Assembly: GCF_009834535.1 (NCBI RefSeq)
Contig: NC_045696.1
Coordinates: 15,130,001-15,194,000, forward strand
Direction of reading: 5' to 3'
Length of the DNA stretch: 64,000 nucleotides
From: Camelus ferus
Taxonomy: Eukaryota
Under the pieces are notes generated by a model. That model was not told the origin of the DNA, ran no database searches, and saw nothing but the letters and a program-made list of their open reading frames with translations. Made by a program: the position numbers and the translations under genes. Positions 39,990 to 54,089 of the stretch are shown here, piece after piece. Each line of letters opens with the position of its first letter. The stretch's first letter is position 1.

Positions 39990-40707
39990 GTGTCAATATG
40001 ACACCTCAGCTCTGTCAGTTCTGTCCTGAATGGAGGCATCTCTATCTACTGTTGCTTGGGAAGACCTTGATCTGCAAACTAAACCAAATCTCTCTTTTTA
40101 CTTTGCTCGTGGCCAAATGCTGGTGTTTCTAGAACTCTGAAGGGATTAGATAACACAGTATAAATGGATGATACGTGACCGGTTTTTCTTTTTTTTTCTT
40201 TTTTGTAATGCAAATGACTGCCCTTTGATTGCTGAGACACCCATTTCAAAGAAGCATCTGCTTCAAAGATGGTTATCTCAATAAACAGATTACCAGGCAC
40301 TTAACTAGATACAGCCAGGCTGCCCCTCCCCTTGCTGAGGCTCCTTTGTTTTAGAGATGTAGGTTTATGTCAATAATTGACCATTTGAGTGACTTGTTTT
40401 TTCTCATTCCATTCTTTATTCTTTTACTCTTATGTTTTAAATCCACCAATAAAGACTGAGCTTGAGAAACCCTAAGATCCCAACCCTCAACCCCTCAAAA
40501 AGCAGAAACTCCCTCTCTTTACCTGCAACCTCCCTGAGTGGCCCCAGTGTGCCGTGTAATTTTCTGGCCCTGTGAGTAAGAAACCTTTATTTTCTCACAG
40601 TTTCTTGATGGTTATTGCTGAAGAGGGTCTTGCAATCATAATAAGAACCACAATGGCCATGCCAACCACAACATTGGTTATCGATTGGCTGAGACTGGCA
40701 CAAAACA
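39990..40707 (+). mobile_element. Old ERV1-class LTR (MER4-group-like), boundaries uncertain
   Basis: LTR-like layout: ttcaaagatggttatct, tgtttta..ccaataaag, gtaagaaacctttattttc, ending ..gactggcacaaaaca. Confidence 0.55.
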
Positions 40708-43075
40708 TGTCTGACTTTTATCTTAGTTTACTTTTCACCCATTGCATTGCGAGGTGGTTTAGGTCCAATCACTTCTCTCCCTAGCAAAGGGAAATCAGTA
40801 CTATTAGTAAAGAAAAATACTAATAAGCCAACCACACACATTTTTGGTTTGCAGGGCTTCATTAGCCTTCAGATAATAATGTGACACGTCCCATCAATGA
40901 CAGGTAAACACATTTCTACGCCACTAGGCAGGATTACACTTCGGTCTCCAATGGTAGGTTTTGTTGCACTTTACAGGGGTTGAGTATGCAAAAGTCTTTC
41001 TTCCCTTCTAGGCAGTGATGTCCACAAAGTTCTCAGCACTTATAGGATACAATAATAGGCATGGTAAGCAATCACAATAAAGCCAGGGTTTAACAAATGA
41101 ACGAACAGATATCCAGCAGTGGCAGTTTAGACAGAATCATCCAAATCTTCACATTTTGAGAACTCACTAGTGAGACAGAGAGTATCATAAACACTGAGAG
41201 TGGGAGAAGAGAATCTCTAGCTGAAATACCATTGTCAAAATTAGGGAGATAACACATACTGAGCATAGTTCTTGAAGGATGAATGTGCTATGGGGAAATG
41301 ACATTGAAGGAATGGGGTGCTCATGAAGAAGGATGCTGTGAAGAAGGACGCTTCTGTGAAGTCAGCCAACAGGTGGATGGAAAGTCAGCAGCCCCAAGAA
41401 ACGGGAGTTCAAGGGACCCAAGGGAAGGGGAGGGAGGGAAGATAAGTCTGGAAAAGTGGATTAGTGAAAGAAGAGGCTCCTATTGCTTATTCAGAGACGC
41501 AAAAGAAAAAAATCACAAAAGATTTCCCTCCAGAGAAAATATAATTTATAAACAAATGAGAAAGTGGCTTAAATTTCCAAAAACCCAAATGAGAGCCAGT
41601 GAGGTACCAAGTTTTTTAAATTAATGTGTTTTTTTTAAATGAAAAAAAAATTTCATGTTACTGATGGATTTATGTTGATATTTTTTCATGGTTTCAAAGA
41701 GAGGATTGGGCTTATTTTGTAAAAGAACAAACAGAAAATGTGGAGACATGTCATGGAAACAGCAATGAAAAGACAGACAAGGGGGTAAGTGGTAAATTTA
41801 AAAATGCAATTAGCAGGGTTTGAGGCTGTTAAACATACACGAAAAGAAACTGCTTGGCAGCACTGTTATATTTTGGCCTCACATATAAAAGTATTATTAA
41901 AATATTTGCAAATCCGTCAAATACACTCTTGAACAATTTTTTTAACTTGTTTTTGTCTATAATGCAATTGCCAGTAGACAAAAGATGACTTAACCTAACA
42001 AGGCTTTAGTTAGATTGCTGGGTATACTGTTTGTCATATTAAATAGCAGAATTTCCCCCAATTTAAGAGGGGAGACAATTTACAATAAACTCCAGCATTT
42101 TTTTCCACTATAAAAACCATGATTTCTTGCTTGTCACCACTTGTCATAAATCAGCTACTTTTCTAAGTAGTGATAAAACTCCCTTTGGAATGGAGACATT
42201 GTAAATTGTAATGTACCACTGCTGACAGGAGAGATTTTTATAAAACCCAGTTATTGTACATACACAAAACAATATCAAGGCATGAGAAGGACTTGTAAAC
42301 TCAAAGCGCTATTTATTTCCATGGGATCTGTGTCATATTTATGCTAATTAAAAATTCTTTCTACTTGGAGAGGAAAAAAAAAAACAACAACCTCCAGGAA
42401 TGTGCTTTCTGAACAAAGAATAAAAATAAAAATAATTACTACCATAGTTTATCAATTTCTTTTCTCTGTTGATAAATGATTCACTGTCTGTTACTTTTTG
42501 TAAGTGTTTAAAAGAGAACCAAGGCTTGAGTTGTCTGAAAAGGAAAATTCCATGACCTGAGACAGAACTGAGTAATAAAAACAAGAGACAGTGAACTTGC
42601 CTTAAAAATGAAGGGTATAAAGCAAAAACAAGACACAAGTAAGACAGCAACAATTCTTCCTCTATATCGTGCATCATGAGAAGTATTTCACTGGCCACTT
42701 AATATGAATCCTTGGTAAAGGAAACCAAAAATCCACAGAATAGCCTGAGACTCATCACTGAAAAAATCAAGAAGGGCTATGGTGTAGGTAGGAAGCAGAA
42801 TGCTACAGAAATTTTCAGGTGGTATTGTTTTTGTTGTTTTCCAAGCATTTTTAAAACAATATTTCAGTTATAGCTTTCATAAGGCACAAAAAGTTTTATT
42901 CAAAGAGTGGCATTTCTAAGGTTTTATTACATAAGTGAAATTTGGTGTGATGCTATATGAAAATAATCTTACAAAATTAAACTCCATAAGAAGAGTTGAA
43001 GTCCAATAGGCTTTTTATTTTGGGGCTTGAAATTGTAAAAGACAAAGATAAACCCAGGAAAGAAAGAATGACTTT

Positions 43076-43690
43076 TAGAATCAGAATACATGGTAAGTCT
43101 TAGAACAGAAGGGGACTATAGCTTGCATAGCCCAACTGTCCACCCAGTGAGGAATGTTCTCTAGATCAATGCTTTAATGTGCACAGAAGTCACCTGAGGA
43201 TGCTGTTAAAATGTACATTGTTAAAATGCAGGTTTGGGGTAAAGCCTGCATTTCTAATAAGCTCCCAGGCTATACCAATTATAATCTTCTGTGGGCCTCA
43301 GTATATGCAAGAATTATCTTACTAGTCTATTGTGAACACTTTCCACAGCATGCACTCATTATTTCAAGAAGGAATTTCCATTTGGGGGCCATCAAACTGT
43401 TTTTCCTTTCATTAAATTAAAATTTGTCTTTCAGTATCTTCCATCCATTGATTCTAGTTCCAGCCTCCAGAATCACAATTCCCAAATCTAATTTCTCTTT
43501 TACGTAAAAGAGACAAGTCAAGGAATGTATCCCCCTTGAGTCTTTTCTCTTCTAGAAGATTACATCTCCAATACAATCATGGTTTTGAATCCTTCCTGAC
43601 ATTTTGTTTGCTTTATACTGGATATGTTTCAAGCTGTCACGTCCATCTAAAACTGAGGTCCCAGGCCAAGAACACAAGACTCCAGTCCAG
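43076..43690 (-). mobile_element. CR1/L3 LINE 3' end, interrupted by MER5A
   Basis: cttccatccattgattctagttccagcctc; tcccccttgagtcttttctcttctag; gaacacaagactccag. Confidence 0.8.
43166..43300. mobile_element. MER5A-like hAT-Charlie MITE
   Basis: tttaatgtgcacagaagtcacctgaggatgctgttaaaatg...ctgcatttctaataagctcccagg. Confidence 0.8.
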
Positions 43691-43899
43691 ATTAGATTGA
43701 TGGTCATTATGCTTCTATGATCTTATATTTCCGTAAGACACATTGACTATGTCTAAGTTTCAGTAAAACTCAGGGACTCAGCCCAAAACCACTGCCTCTG
43801 GTTAATAATTCCCCAGAAAACAGCCCCCACTGAAATGGAAATAATTAAATAGTTAACCTCCTCCTTTTATTTTTTTTTAAATTTATTTTGGAACGTGGT

Positions 43900-45740
43900 G
43901 AATTCTCATGAATTTTCTTTTTCACTGGCTTCGTCACCTGGTTCCCAACCTCATTCTCTCCCTTTCTCTGTCATCACTCTCACACTGTGGTCTCACACGT
44001 CTTAAAACTATTGAACTCTAGTGACCCCCATCTCCACTCCAACACAGCCATTTATTGGCATGTCCACACCCTGTTTGTGTCATCCCTTTAATGGCTTCTC
44101 TTCAAGTTTTCAGATTCTGACCAGTGCTTCAACCTGAATACCAAATGCTCCTCCGTTATGCACGCAGAACCTAATTGGTATCTTTATTGTGGTCCTCATG
44201 ACTTTGATCTCTCCATGCTCTGGTAGTTCATCAAGCCCATCAGATTTCACTTTTCTCTCAACCCAGTGTGCAACTGTTCAAACAATTTGAGGAGGCTCTT
44301 GCAATTTTATCTGTAATGCTTCCTGCAGCACTCACACTTATTTTTCCCAATCCCAGCCCTGGGAAATCCTCATTATCTGTTTTCTTCACTCTTGTCTGTA
44401 CAAAAGTATGTGGTTAGAGGAGGAAAAAAAAGTCTGTCAATGTACTGATTTCATTAGAAATGCAACTGATTCAAACTTTGCTTTTGACTCTGTATTTCAC
44501 TCCCTATAGCAACAGATCCAAACCTTCTTCAACATCTTGAAGTCCCCAGCCCTCCCTGGAATCATAAATTTTAAGGGATGAACAGATGATCTCACTGACA
44601 ATTCGCTGAAATGATCAAGACCACCTGGCATATGACCTCGCAGCTTCCTCGCTCTCCTAAGAGTGTCTTCGTACTTTTGCAAACCTTTTCCTCTTCCACG
44701 CTAACCTCCTCAGAGGAAGACTCTCCCTTTTATAAATGTCAAAGTTAAAATGGCTTACACGTTCCCACTTAACACTTTCCTGCCTAGAGCAAGCTGTTGT
44801 TTTTATCAGTTACACATTCAACCGGTCTCCCTACTGGATTTTTTACTCTTTACTTATAAACATGCTCAAATTTTCTTATCCTTCTTCTAACTAGCTTTCT
44901 CTTAAGCCTTGTATCTTTTTTGCTTTCATTGATAAACTTGGTGAAATAAGCCAGTCCTCCCTGCCTCCACTTTGACCAAATACTCCCTTTGTGAGCCCTT
45001 GTAATTGGATTCTCCCTCACCTTCCTCGCTACTACCATCTCACCCACTGAAAGTAATGAACTGAAAGTCACCTCCGATCAAGTTGAATAACATTTTCTCA
45101 GTTAAGCTCCTTCTTTCCCCTTGTCAAGCATTTTATGTTACTGATTTCCTGTTCTTTCTTAAAACTGTTTTTTCCCCTGAATTCCATTACATTGTATTAT
45201 TCTGACTCTATTAACCCTCTGCTCCTGTGTCCAATTAATTAAAAAATCTATTATATAGCAGATGATTTTTTTCCTCTTTCACTTCTTATGTAAGGCTACA
45301 TTTCCGGCCATCTTCTATGACTGTCCATTAGTGACCAACCACCCAGATGGTGAGATGTTGACAGCCACATCTATATTTTCAGCCCGTCAGAGACATAAAG
45401 GAATCAGTCTACCGCAATAATTCTATGTGAAAATTCTACAGATACTTCAACCTATCCAAATTTTTCCTAATAAAATTCCCATTAAATCTACCTTTCCTCC
45501 TATGATTTCAATCTTGATTGTGAACATCACCATCAGTCTAGCATCCTAAGTCATCTTATATATGACTTAGATATAACACATAATTATTGGTATTCTATTT
45601 CCTCACCATCTCTCAAACCTATTAGTCAATTTACTCTCTACTTCTCTTTTCACTGCTTTAGTCTAGGTTTTTAATCAGTTCTTGGAAGGTATATTACAAT
45701 AACCTCCTAACAGATTTCTAACCTACCATACTTCTAGTCA
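43900..45740 (+). mobile_element. Degraded L2 LINE body
   Basis: Pyrimidine-rich strand with L2 motifs: cacccactgaaa..ctgaaagtcacc, cacatctatattttcagccc, caccatcagtctag, attacaataacctcctaac. Confidence 0.65.
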
Positions 45741-45744
45741 TCTC

Positions 45745-46155
45745 TTTTAAAATTTTTATTTCATTTATTCTTTAAAAAAGACACAAATAAACTTATATAC
45801 GAAAAAGAAATGGACTCACATAGAAAACAAACTGTGTTTTGTAGATAAATTCATTAGTGTCTTTTTTTTTTTTTTTTTAAGATTCCACATATGAGTGATA
45901 TCATATGGTATTTTTCTTTCTCTTTCTGGCTTACTTCACTTAGAATAACAATCTCCAGGTCCATCCATGTGGCTGTAAATGGCATTATTTTATTCTTTTT
46001 TTTTCTGGCTGAGTAGTGTTCTATTGTATAAATATACCACAACTCCTTTATCCAATCATCTATTGATGGACATTTAGGTTGTTTCCATGTCTCAGCTATT
46101 GTACATAATGCTGCTATGAACATTGGGGCGCATGTATCTTTTCAAATTAGAGTTG
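45745..46155 (-). mobile_element. L1 3' fragment with an inverted 60-bp L1 piece at 45774-45833
   Basis: Minus-strand peptide MFIAALCTIAETWKQPKCPSIDDWIKELWYIYT...MDLEIVILSEVSQKEKEKYHMISLICGI. Confidence 0.9.
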
Positions 46156-46169
46156 GATGAGAAATTTAG

Positions 46170-46345
46170 AGTAGTAACAATAATAATAATATTTGTATGC
46201 ATCTCTGGAGTAGCTTTCCTAGCCTCAATGTGCTTTCACATACATCCTCTCATTTTAACTTTTATCCAGTGCCCTCATTTTACAATGAGACAACTGAAGT
46301 GGTGAGAATTAATTAGAAGGGTCACAAAGCTAATTCAAGATTGAC
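46170..46345 (-). mobile_element. MIR SINE
   Basis: tgctttcacatacatc...ctcattttacaatgagacaactgaagt...gtcacaaagct. Confidence 0.7.
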
Positions 46346-46639
46346 AAAAAAAGATTACCACAAATGTAAAAATATTTTTTAAGTTTTAATTTTTGTTTCA
46401 CTTAAATCAATTTATTTGTACAGGAATTTTTTTTTTCATATCTGCACACCTTCAGTGACATCTTGGAAGAGTTTTTCTTTAATATTTTGGGACAGCTACT
46501 GTTTTTCAAAAAACATTGACTTTTGATTAGAAACAAGAAGTCACACTATTCCACCAGATTTGTAACAGTTCATGTATTATAAGTTCTGACTATGGGCCAA
46601 GCATGGCTTTTTACATGAATTACCCCATGTAAGCACAGT

Positions 46640-46800
46640 ATATATAGTAGTTAGAATCTGGTTCATTTATTGGGCAAACTTGGGTTTGAATTCAGCTTCA
46701 GCATTTACGCACAGGAGGCCTTTTGATGAGTCAGTCAAACCCACTAATCTTCATTTTCCTAATCTGAAAATTGGGAGGAACACTTGACCTCTCCTCACTG
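46640..46800 (+). mobile_element. MIR SINE
   Basis: tgggtttgaattcagcttc...cattttcctaatctgaaaattggg. Confidence 0.6.
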
Positions 46801-47287
46801 AATTGTCCTAAATCAAGGGAAAGTGGTACCTGAAACCTTTAAAAGAGGATGTGAATCTTAGTGTGTGTTCCATTTGGGTGTATGCTTTTTGGACATGAAA
46901 CACTATTTAATACAGTTGCCTCATTTAAAACTAGAGGTTTATTCCCCATTTCAAACACTATATTTTGTCTTTGTAAGTAATTTTGGACAGTGTTCTTTGG
47001 GATCAAAGAATGGCTAACAACACTGTCCTGAGGGCACCACAAAGGTGTTCTTCCCCTTAAAGTAAACGCCCCTTCCAAATCGAGAATAGTCAGACATACG
47101 CAGACAATTCCCTAAAAATCTCCTGCCTCCACAATGAACACAATGCCCCACGCACTGGGGAAAGCCAAATCTCTGCAAACATTTCTCTGTCATTGACAAG
47201 AACTGCTAAGACCTGGTCTCAAAGGTTCTGTTGAGCGGGCAAGTTGTCATGCAGTTATTGTTTGTTTGGAAAGGACCCTTAAGAACG

Positions 47288-47419
47288 AAGACTTTATGAT
47301 GTCTAAATAGAGACCTCATTTAACTTGATCTCTTGTGTTGAATACTTCAGGACAAAGACTTTATGATGTCTAAATAGAGACCTCATTTAACTTGATCTCT
47401 TGTGTTGAATACTTCAGGA
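47288..47419. repeat. Perfect 65-bp tandem duplication, 67-bp period
   Basis: 47288-47352 is identical to 47355-47419; spacer ca. Confidence 0.97.
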
Positions 47420-47639
47420 ATAAATGTTTGAAAATTTTCCATTGGTTTGCATGTCTTGCTTGTTCACATATTTTGCAAACTGAAAGAGAAAAACTAAATC
47501 ATGATAATGGCCGTCTTCATGCATGGCTGAGAAGAGGGAACAAACAGTCCACTAACTACTGTCATCAGGGGCATGATGTGAACACCACTGGGGGAGATGA
47601 TAATAAAAAGGAAAATATAGGTGCTTAAAGCCCAGATGA

Positions 47640-48045
47640 AAAATAGAGTAAAATGGACCTAAAAAAACTATGAGCTCATAATCATAGAGAAAAAAATTCA
47701 AGCTCAAATATATGTGAAAAAATATCAGGGTCTGGAAAGTGGGGGAAAAATGATCTTAACATGAAGTGATTGTGTGACTAAAAGGAAAACAGCGTATTCA
47801 GACGATTTTAAGTCAGATCTAAAAGTAGTGTGATAAAATTGTGCAAGAAAAGTTTGGTCAGACTCTCAGAAAAACATTTCCTAGCAGCAAAATCTATTAA
47901 GGCGTGAAACAATTTCCCAGGAGAATAGAAGTCCCTTCATCTGATTATTTTAAAATTAGGCCAGACAAACCACTGGGAAATGACTGGTCCGAGGTTTACT
48001 CCATCCCAAGCTGGCAGAGAAAGGCCGGCGTGATGATCTAATATG
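47640..48045 (+). mobile_element. CR1/L3 LINE 3' end
   Basis: cagaaaaacatttcctagcagcaaaatctattaag...tttaaaattaggccagacaaaccactgggaaat...gatgatctaat. Confidence 0.75.
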
Positions 48046-48797
48046 CTGATCCACTGCATAGTCCTACACTGGTATTAAATATGACTAACCACTTGTTTTG
48101 TTCATATCCCCATTTGCCTCCCAGAAACTGAAGCTGGCAAATCCATATTCTAAAACTATTTAACACATGGAATGTATTAAGTTTGTGCTCCAGAAAGAGC
48201 ACTTTATCAGGCACCGAGGCACAGACATCCTCTGATGGCAAAGACAACTAAATAAAGGATGCAGTGAAGGAAAGCCAGAACTCCCTCCTACAACCACTAC
48301 CACAGCCCTGAGTCAGGTCCAAACACCTTAATGCAGTTAATGAGGTGCTGCATTGGCAAAAGTTCACATACTTCAAAAGCTCCCACCTCCACTTTTCCCT
48401 GACATTCACCATAGCCATTCTCATCTTTCCTCCCCTCAAGTATTCAATGCCCTCTGATCATTCATCCTGTTAACTCTTCTTGGGGTACCTGCCACTCCTC
48501 CATACGCTTTTTGCAAGACAAACTTCTGCTGTTGACATAGTCGGCACTTCCTATGGAGTGTTTACACCAAATCACCAGGTATAAATGAGGCACCTGTCTC
48601 ATAGTCTCCCATAGTTCCTTTCTCTGATCAAAACACTTCTCTATATTATATTGCAATTATCCATTTTCTTGTCTCAGTCTCTAGATTGTAGTTTATAAGA
48701 TCACATGTCACTGTTCTCTTGTCTACTATTTATCAACTTCTAGCTTCAGTGTCTGACATAGAAGAATCCTAAAAGCATTTCCTGAAGGCATGGAGAT

Positions 48798-49260
48798 AAG
48801 TTATCTATTGCCACAATAATTTCATGTAACAAACTACCCTAAAAATGTGTGGCTTGCAGCAATCATTGACTCACACTCTTGTGCCTGCTGGTCAGCTGGA
48901 AGTTGGCTGACTAAACAGCTGGATTTGGTTAAAGCTGGAACCAAGCTGCAGATTGGAATTCTGTCCCATGTGTTTCTAATACTCTTTGGATCAATGGGCC
49001 AGCCAGGATATGTTCTTCTAATTGAAGTGGCAGAAATAAAAGAGGAGGCATCAGTGTGTAATGCTGTTAAAGCCTAGATTTGGAATTGCTGTTGTCATCT
49101 GTACTCATATTCCAGTGACCAAAGCAATCACAGGACGGAATCCAACATAGTGGGGCAGAGAAATATACTCCATTGCTAGCTAGTCAGAGAAAGTCTGAGG
49201 TCACATGACAGAGAGAAAGCTAGTGACGGGCTTGAAACAACAACAATCAAATCTTCCACA
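48798..49260 (-). mobile_element. Old MaLR LTR (MLT1H/I/J-like)
   Basis: agttatctattgccacaataat..gtaacaaactaccctaaaa...ccaaagcaatcaca...gtggggcagagaaatatactcc. Confidence 0.75.
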
Positions 49261-50219
49261 ATATGAATAAATAACTGTCATACAATTACAATTCTAATTA
49301 TATTCTTGGTTGAATAGCAGCTTCTTCTTCTTGATTTTAATAAACAAGAGTGTTTGCCCAGTAAAAAAAATCAATATTGTCTGATATATTTTTATGGAGA
49401 CCAATTGATTATATATATATATGAAATACCTGGGAATAGAGGGTTATCTATAATGCAAGGTAGTTATAAGTCCTTACCAAAGTGTTATATTCTATTAATA
49501 ATCATTGCTCTGTTTTAGTTCTTTTGTGACACAAATTTTACATGCCTTTGAATTATACTTTTGCAAAAGCCCGAGTATACCTTGAAATTTGTTTTTATAT
49601 CATTCAGAGGAAGAAAAGAAGGAAATTTAGCTAATCAGTTTACTTTTTTTAGAAAGTTGAGCCACTAATTACTAAATTGAATATCTTTAACGTATTTGTT
49701 AATAGGGTGATTCTGGGGCTTTATATGATAACACTAAAAAAAAAAAAAACAAAACTCTGGAGATTGCTTTCAAGACTGCTCTGTAGAAGACACTAGATGG
49801 GGATATGTTTCAATGGCAAGACCACTGGTCCTCACTGGTTTCATTCTAGAGTAAACTTATGAGATTAATTACATGATCTTTGGAAACACACACTTGATGT
49901 CATCTTCTACTTACTAATGGTGTGGCCAAGGTCAAGCTATTCAACCTCTCTAAGTCTGGGAAGATAATTGCACAATCTACCTCTTATCATTGTGAGGGTT
50001 CAATGATAATCAAAGAGAGTAAAGAGGAAGACTCATGCCCTCTTCATCACTTCTCTTCTAGCACTTAGTGGAGTACTTGGATAACAGTGTACCTGTAGGT
50101 AATAGTCACTGAAGATATGAATGGGTGGCTATGGAGTCAGCAGTTTTCCAGATTTATGTAGGGTTTAGGCCTGACAGTTTTCCTCAGATTTATGTTGAAG
50201 ATCCATTGAAGTTTCCAGT

Positions 50220-50353
50220 TAGGTTGATCTTATATTTTATCTTCTAAATAGTGACATTTTTTTAGAGAGAAAGAGAGAGCTATTAATAATCATAATGGGA
50301 CAGTAGTCATAAAGCAGACCATTCCAGGCAATCAAGATATTCTGGAAACCCTA
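50220..50353 (+). mobile_element. MER81-like hAT-Blackjack MITE
   Basis: taggttgatc..tat and ggaaacccta degenerate TIRs; internal gctattaataat..gggaca. Confidence 0.7.
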
Positions 50354-50566
50354 GTTCTAGGAAATACAGAGTATTTCTATAAGCTGTAATTATTTCATTC
50401 TCAGGTGTCAACTCAAATTCAATGAACCTCAAATATTGTTTGTTCTGCCCTCTCACAATGTTATATAATAAACAGATCTTTATTATTCACATATGAATTG
50501 TATTAGTCTGAGTCTTAAATCCTAGAAACTTCTACAAAAACATTTTGATTTTCTGTATAACTTGAT

Positions 50567-50940
50567 TGTTATGGGCTGAACTGTGTCTACTTAAGATTCA
50601 CCTTTTGAAGCCCTAACCCCCAGAACCTCAGAATGTTTCTGTATTTGGAGATGAAATCTTTAAAGAGGTACAATAAGGCTAAATGTGTGGGCCATCATCC
50701 AATGTGACTGGTCTCTTTATAGGAGGAAATTAGGACACAGACAGACAGAGGGGAGGCCATGTGAAGACAAAGGGAGAAGACAGCCATCTACAAACCAAGG
50801 GAAAAGACTTGAGAAGAAACCACACTGCCAACACCTTGATCTTGGATGTTCAGCCTCTGGAACTGTGACAAATGCATTTCTGTTGTTTAAGCCACCCAGT
50901 CTGTGGCACTTTGTGATGGCAGCCCTAGCAAACTAATATA
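50567..50940 (+). mobile_element. MLT1B-like MaLR solo LTR
   Basis: tgttatgggctgaactgtgtc...ttgtttaagccacccagtctgtggcactttgtgatggcagccctagcaaactaatata; TSD ttgat/atgat. Confidence 0.9.
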
Positions 50941-51789
50941 ATGATAAATATTCATTATATGTCTGTATTTCTTTCCCAGTCACAAAACCCATGGCTGCAA
51001 CAGATCATTCTTGAATTACTACAGAACTTTTCCGATAGACTTCCTTTAAACAATTTCTTTCTCTCTGATACATTCTTTGTATAATACACTCACTTTCTTC
51101 TTTCTAAAAACACCCATCATTTCTACCATCCCTGAAAAACTTCCCCAAGATCAACTTACGACTCTTCAGACAAAACTTCAAAGATTCTGGCAGGGAATTC
51201 AATTTTCCTTCTCAAAAGTATTTTTTATTATGTTTCATGTTGCATTATGTATATTGTTTAGCACAAGCTCTGTCCCATGCACTATGAATATCATGTTTGT
51301 ACCACCTGTATTTTCTGGCTCTAACACTTACTTCTGGTATACCTACTTGGATTTTTTTTTTTTTTCATTTTACCAATTTTATTAGAATATTTTACTATTC
51401 TGTACTATACACTATAAAAGTATGAAAAAAAGGCTTGATTGGGAAAAAACAATACATACATTGTGTTTTCATTGCCTCTAGAGGATGAAGAAATATGCCC
51501 ATAAACTTTTTGTTACCTGTAGTTCCCTACAATAACTATCAGAGCATTTAGTAAAAGGAACTTTATATCAGAGTCAGAATTTAAGGGCTGGTAATTCTTC
51601 TAGAAATGTTTGCTGAATGGTGCTCAGAGGATTATCAGATGTCAGTTTAAAACTTCCTCTGGGAGCCCAAAGTAATTTAGATTGTATGCAAAAGTATATG
51701 AAATTCCTCACGCAAACAGAACAATATTGAGACAAATAGAGTTAGCATATTATTTTTGTAGCCTGGTTTAAGAAGGGTTTAATGGCCAG

Positions 51790-52982
51790 CAATAAAGATG
51801 CAAAACATTAGCTGGAAAATAAAGGGATGATTTGTTACTCTTCTTTGATGTTATTGTACATGTAGAAAACCCACAAAACAATCATAAATTGTTAGAATTA
51901 ATGAGTTTATCACATTTTATAGATACAAAGTTAATATACCAAAGTTGAATATATCCCAAAGTTGAATATATACCTATGCATCGTTTACTAACCAGTAACT
52001 GATTAGTATCAGTAGAATTTTAAAGTTCCATTAGTAATAACATGAGCATAAAGTGCTTAGAAATAAATCAGATAAACAATGTACATTTATGGAGAAGATT
52101 AAATAATTAACTAGATTATGATAAAAAGAAACCTAAATAAATGAAGAGTTAGGCTATTCATGAAAGAAAAATTCACTATTGCAATCAACTGATTCAATGA
52201 CAAGCCAATTGGAGATGGAATGGGCTGTTGGTAGAAATGAACTCAATTTTGAACAAAAGGTCAAAAATATCCAAGGCTTTTGAAGAAGCATGAGTTGAGG
52301 GAGCTTAACATACCAGGTAGGTGGGCAGGGCCAGAAAAATGGAAAGTAGAGCAGAGATTCTAGAAATAAACTCATGTGTATAATAATATTTTAACTTGTG
52401 ACAGAGGAGAAAGGGTAGATGTTTTAACAAATGATGTTTGGACAATTGTTTGTCCATGTACAAAAATATTTCTGTCTATCTGTGTCTATCTGTCTTTAGA
52501 TATTTATATCTATGTCTCTACTTACACTATATTTATATTATGACTGGATACCTCCCCCATATCATACATTAAAATGAATTCCAAGTTTATGAAAGCCTTA
52601 TATATATAAGACAAAAAAGAAAATCTTAATGGAGATTATGGCAAATTCACTTTATGACTTAAGAACAGAGGCATTTTTAAACAAAGCACAAAAAGCATAC
52701 CGCAAAGTAAAAGACTAATCAATTCAACTAAATATATTTTATTAAAAGTTACCCTAACAAGTGAAAGACAAGTTAAAAGGGAAAGACATTATTTGCAAAA
52801 CTTATAAGTGAGAGTTCATAAAGAATATATAAAGAATTTTAAAATACATGATGACCCTAATAGAACAATAGGAACATTAAAAATGAATGGAAGGAAAGAT
52901 AGTGAAAGACTTGAACAGATATTTAACAGAAGAAGAAATGGAATTGGCCCAGAAACACATGAAAAGAAAATCAAACTCACTT
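51790..52982 (+). mobile_element. Degraded old L1 ORF2 region
   Basis: gtacatgtagaaaaccc..gttagaattaatgagttt; KDLNRYLTEEEMELAQKHMKR. Confidence 0.75.
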
Positions 52983-54089
52983 GAGATGGCATGGTGCTTC
53001 AGGTCTCTGATGGCGCCAGAGAAGTGCTCAGAAGAAATAAACAAGAAGGAAAGAGGAAATCTCAATCCTAAACATTCCTTGAAGGACAAAGCATACAATA
53101 TCACAGATTACAAAGAGCTACAAATGAAAAGTTTATAAGATGGTTTATAAAAGTTTATAAATTAAATAGCAAATATCAAATGAGTACAAAGATGAATTCA
53201 CCATATTACAAAATTCTTTAAAAAATTACACACATAAAAATATTTAATTTAATTTTAAAAATTACACTGCAATAATTAGCATTTCTTTTAAATAAAGGAG
53301 AATTAATGAATGTGAAGGAAAATATCTTCTGATTTGAAAATTTTATATAAATTTCTAAAGCCCACAAATATTTTTTCCAATTAATTTTCAGAACTCAAGA
53401 TATTTCTAACAATTGGCAGTAGTAAGTCTTGTTTCTTTCAGGTAGGATTTCTTTCCTTTATCAACTTAATTTTATTTTCTGCAGCCTTTTATCAGACTGG
53501 CCTATGCAGGAGAGAGCAATATTTGAATCACAAAACATAACTATTTTTGCATCCTACAATGCAAAATTACTTTTTTATGGTGGAGGTTGGGGTAGAGAGC
53601 CTCATATCTTCTTCAGATTCTTGTCTGGACCACATTCTTCATTTGCCACATGAAATTGAAACCCTAATGTAGGCACTAGATTTTGGCATAGTATTAAAAT
53701 ACTGTGAAACTACCAATTAATATATTTAATATTTTATTTCTAACTCTATAAGCAACACTTCCGCACTCAGTAGTCATATATAGATTGATATATGAGCAAA
53801 TGACCTGTCCAGGTATCACAAATGATGGGTCATTTGTATTCAGGAAGCAATTGTTTTCACTGTTAAAAATTGCTTTTTTCTGACACTTGTTTTCCTTTGT
53901 GATGAGCATAGATTCCCCCAAAATATAACATTTTCAAATTTTACATGCCAAATACTATTCTAAAACATGATAGGTATTTAGATATGGTATCTTTGCACAG
54001 GATTATTGTCTACATTTAGAGAATATGTAGCTATTTTAAATTTTTTATATTTTACATTTCAGTGCATTTTAAGCAGTTTAGAGCAGTTT

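Noticed and set aside
47288..47419. CRISPR-like repeat array
   Set aside because: Only two copies with a 2-nt spacer, in mammalian DNA with no cas genes.
47982..48000. Y RNA-like start ctggtccga
   Set aside because: Lies inside a CR1/L3 3' end; no complementary Y RNA 3' stem.
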